Shown here one piece after another: positions 63,727-64,000 of a DNA stretch of 64,000 bases (position 1 is the first letter of the stretch; each line of letters opens with the position of its first letter). Source of the stretch: a virus. The stretch covers positions 21,072-85,071 of the IMG/VR virus record IMGVR_UViG_3300036785_000488. One strand, given 5' to 3'. The translations under genes and the position numbers were made by a program. Under the pieces are notes generated by a model. The model did not search any database. It saw only the letters and a program-made list of their open reading frames with translations, and was not told the origin of the DNA.

Positions 63727-64000
63727 TTATCGTTGCGTCAACCGTCGTGCGTAAAAATCCATCTGGGTACGAGGGAGCCGGTTTCGCAGGGCGGCAGACC
63801 TGGCGGCGCGAGCTACAGCGGACTGATACTGATTGGCTGAGGAGACTGTCGCCGCCACCGCATGGCGGGGGTGATGATGGTGGTGGAACGAGTGATCCAC
63901 TACGCGTGGGGGCGGCGTCGCAGACACGCCATCAACGCCCATACCGGCATGAGCATGATGGCGAACCACGACTGCACCGAGCAAACCACTACTGGCGTCG

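Noticed and set aside
63727-63984. 85-aa minus-strand ORF upstream of the portal
   Set aside because: Abuts the portal start and may be real, but the start and product cannot be supported at the window edge.
1-64000. tRNA/rRNA genes, terminase, DNA polymerase
   Set aside because: None recognised in this window; they may lie outside it.

Overview
High-GC window from a tailed bacteriophage with a contractile (myovirus-type) tail. The host is probably actinobacterial, and the endolysin's cell-wall repeats point to Acidimicrobiia. Right half (minus strand): portal, scaffold, an N4-gp56-type major capsid gene split by a 234-nt group I intron, fibre genes, tail terminator, sheath, tube, tail chaperone with a probable +1 frameshift, tape measure, NlpC/P60, LysM, hub, and a spike OB-fold fused to a very long collagen fibre. 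A plus-strand neck/fibre/lysis block is embedded in this module. Left half: many small accessory genes (ArdC, GHKL ATPase, methyltransferase, KTSC, tyrosine integrase, GT2-methyltransferase, SAP, Rpf-like lysozyme, HNH). Many appear to be leaderless transcripts, and six share an extended promoter motif. Main candidate for a new system: nine genes at 12.4-16.7 kb encode unrelated domains (ART-like, GNAT, ParB-like, peptides) behind a shared N-terminal peptide, M-S-x-x-A-L-[SN]-x-x-Q-F. This peptide resembles the scaffold's C-terminal KALTPEEY, which suggests a capsid-targeting tag for packaged, injected effector proteins. All family assignments come from motif recognition by eye; no database searches were run.
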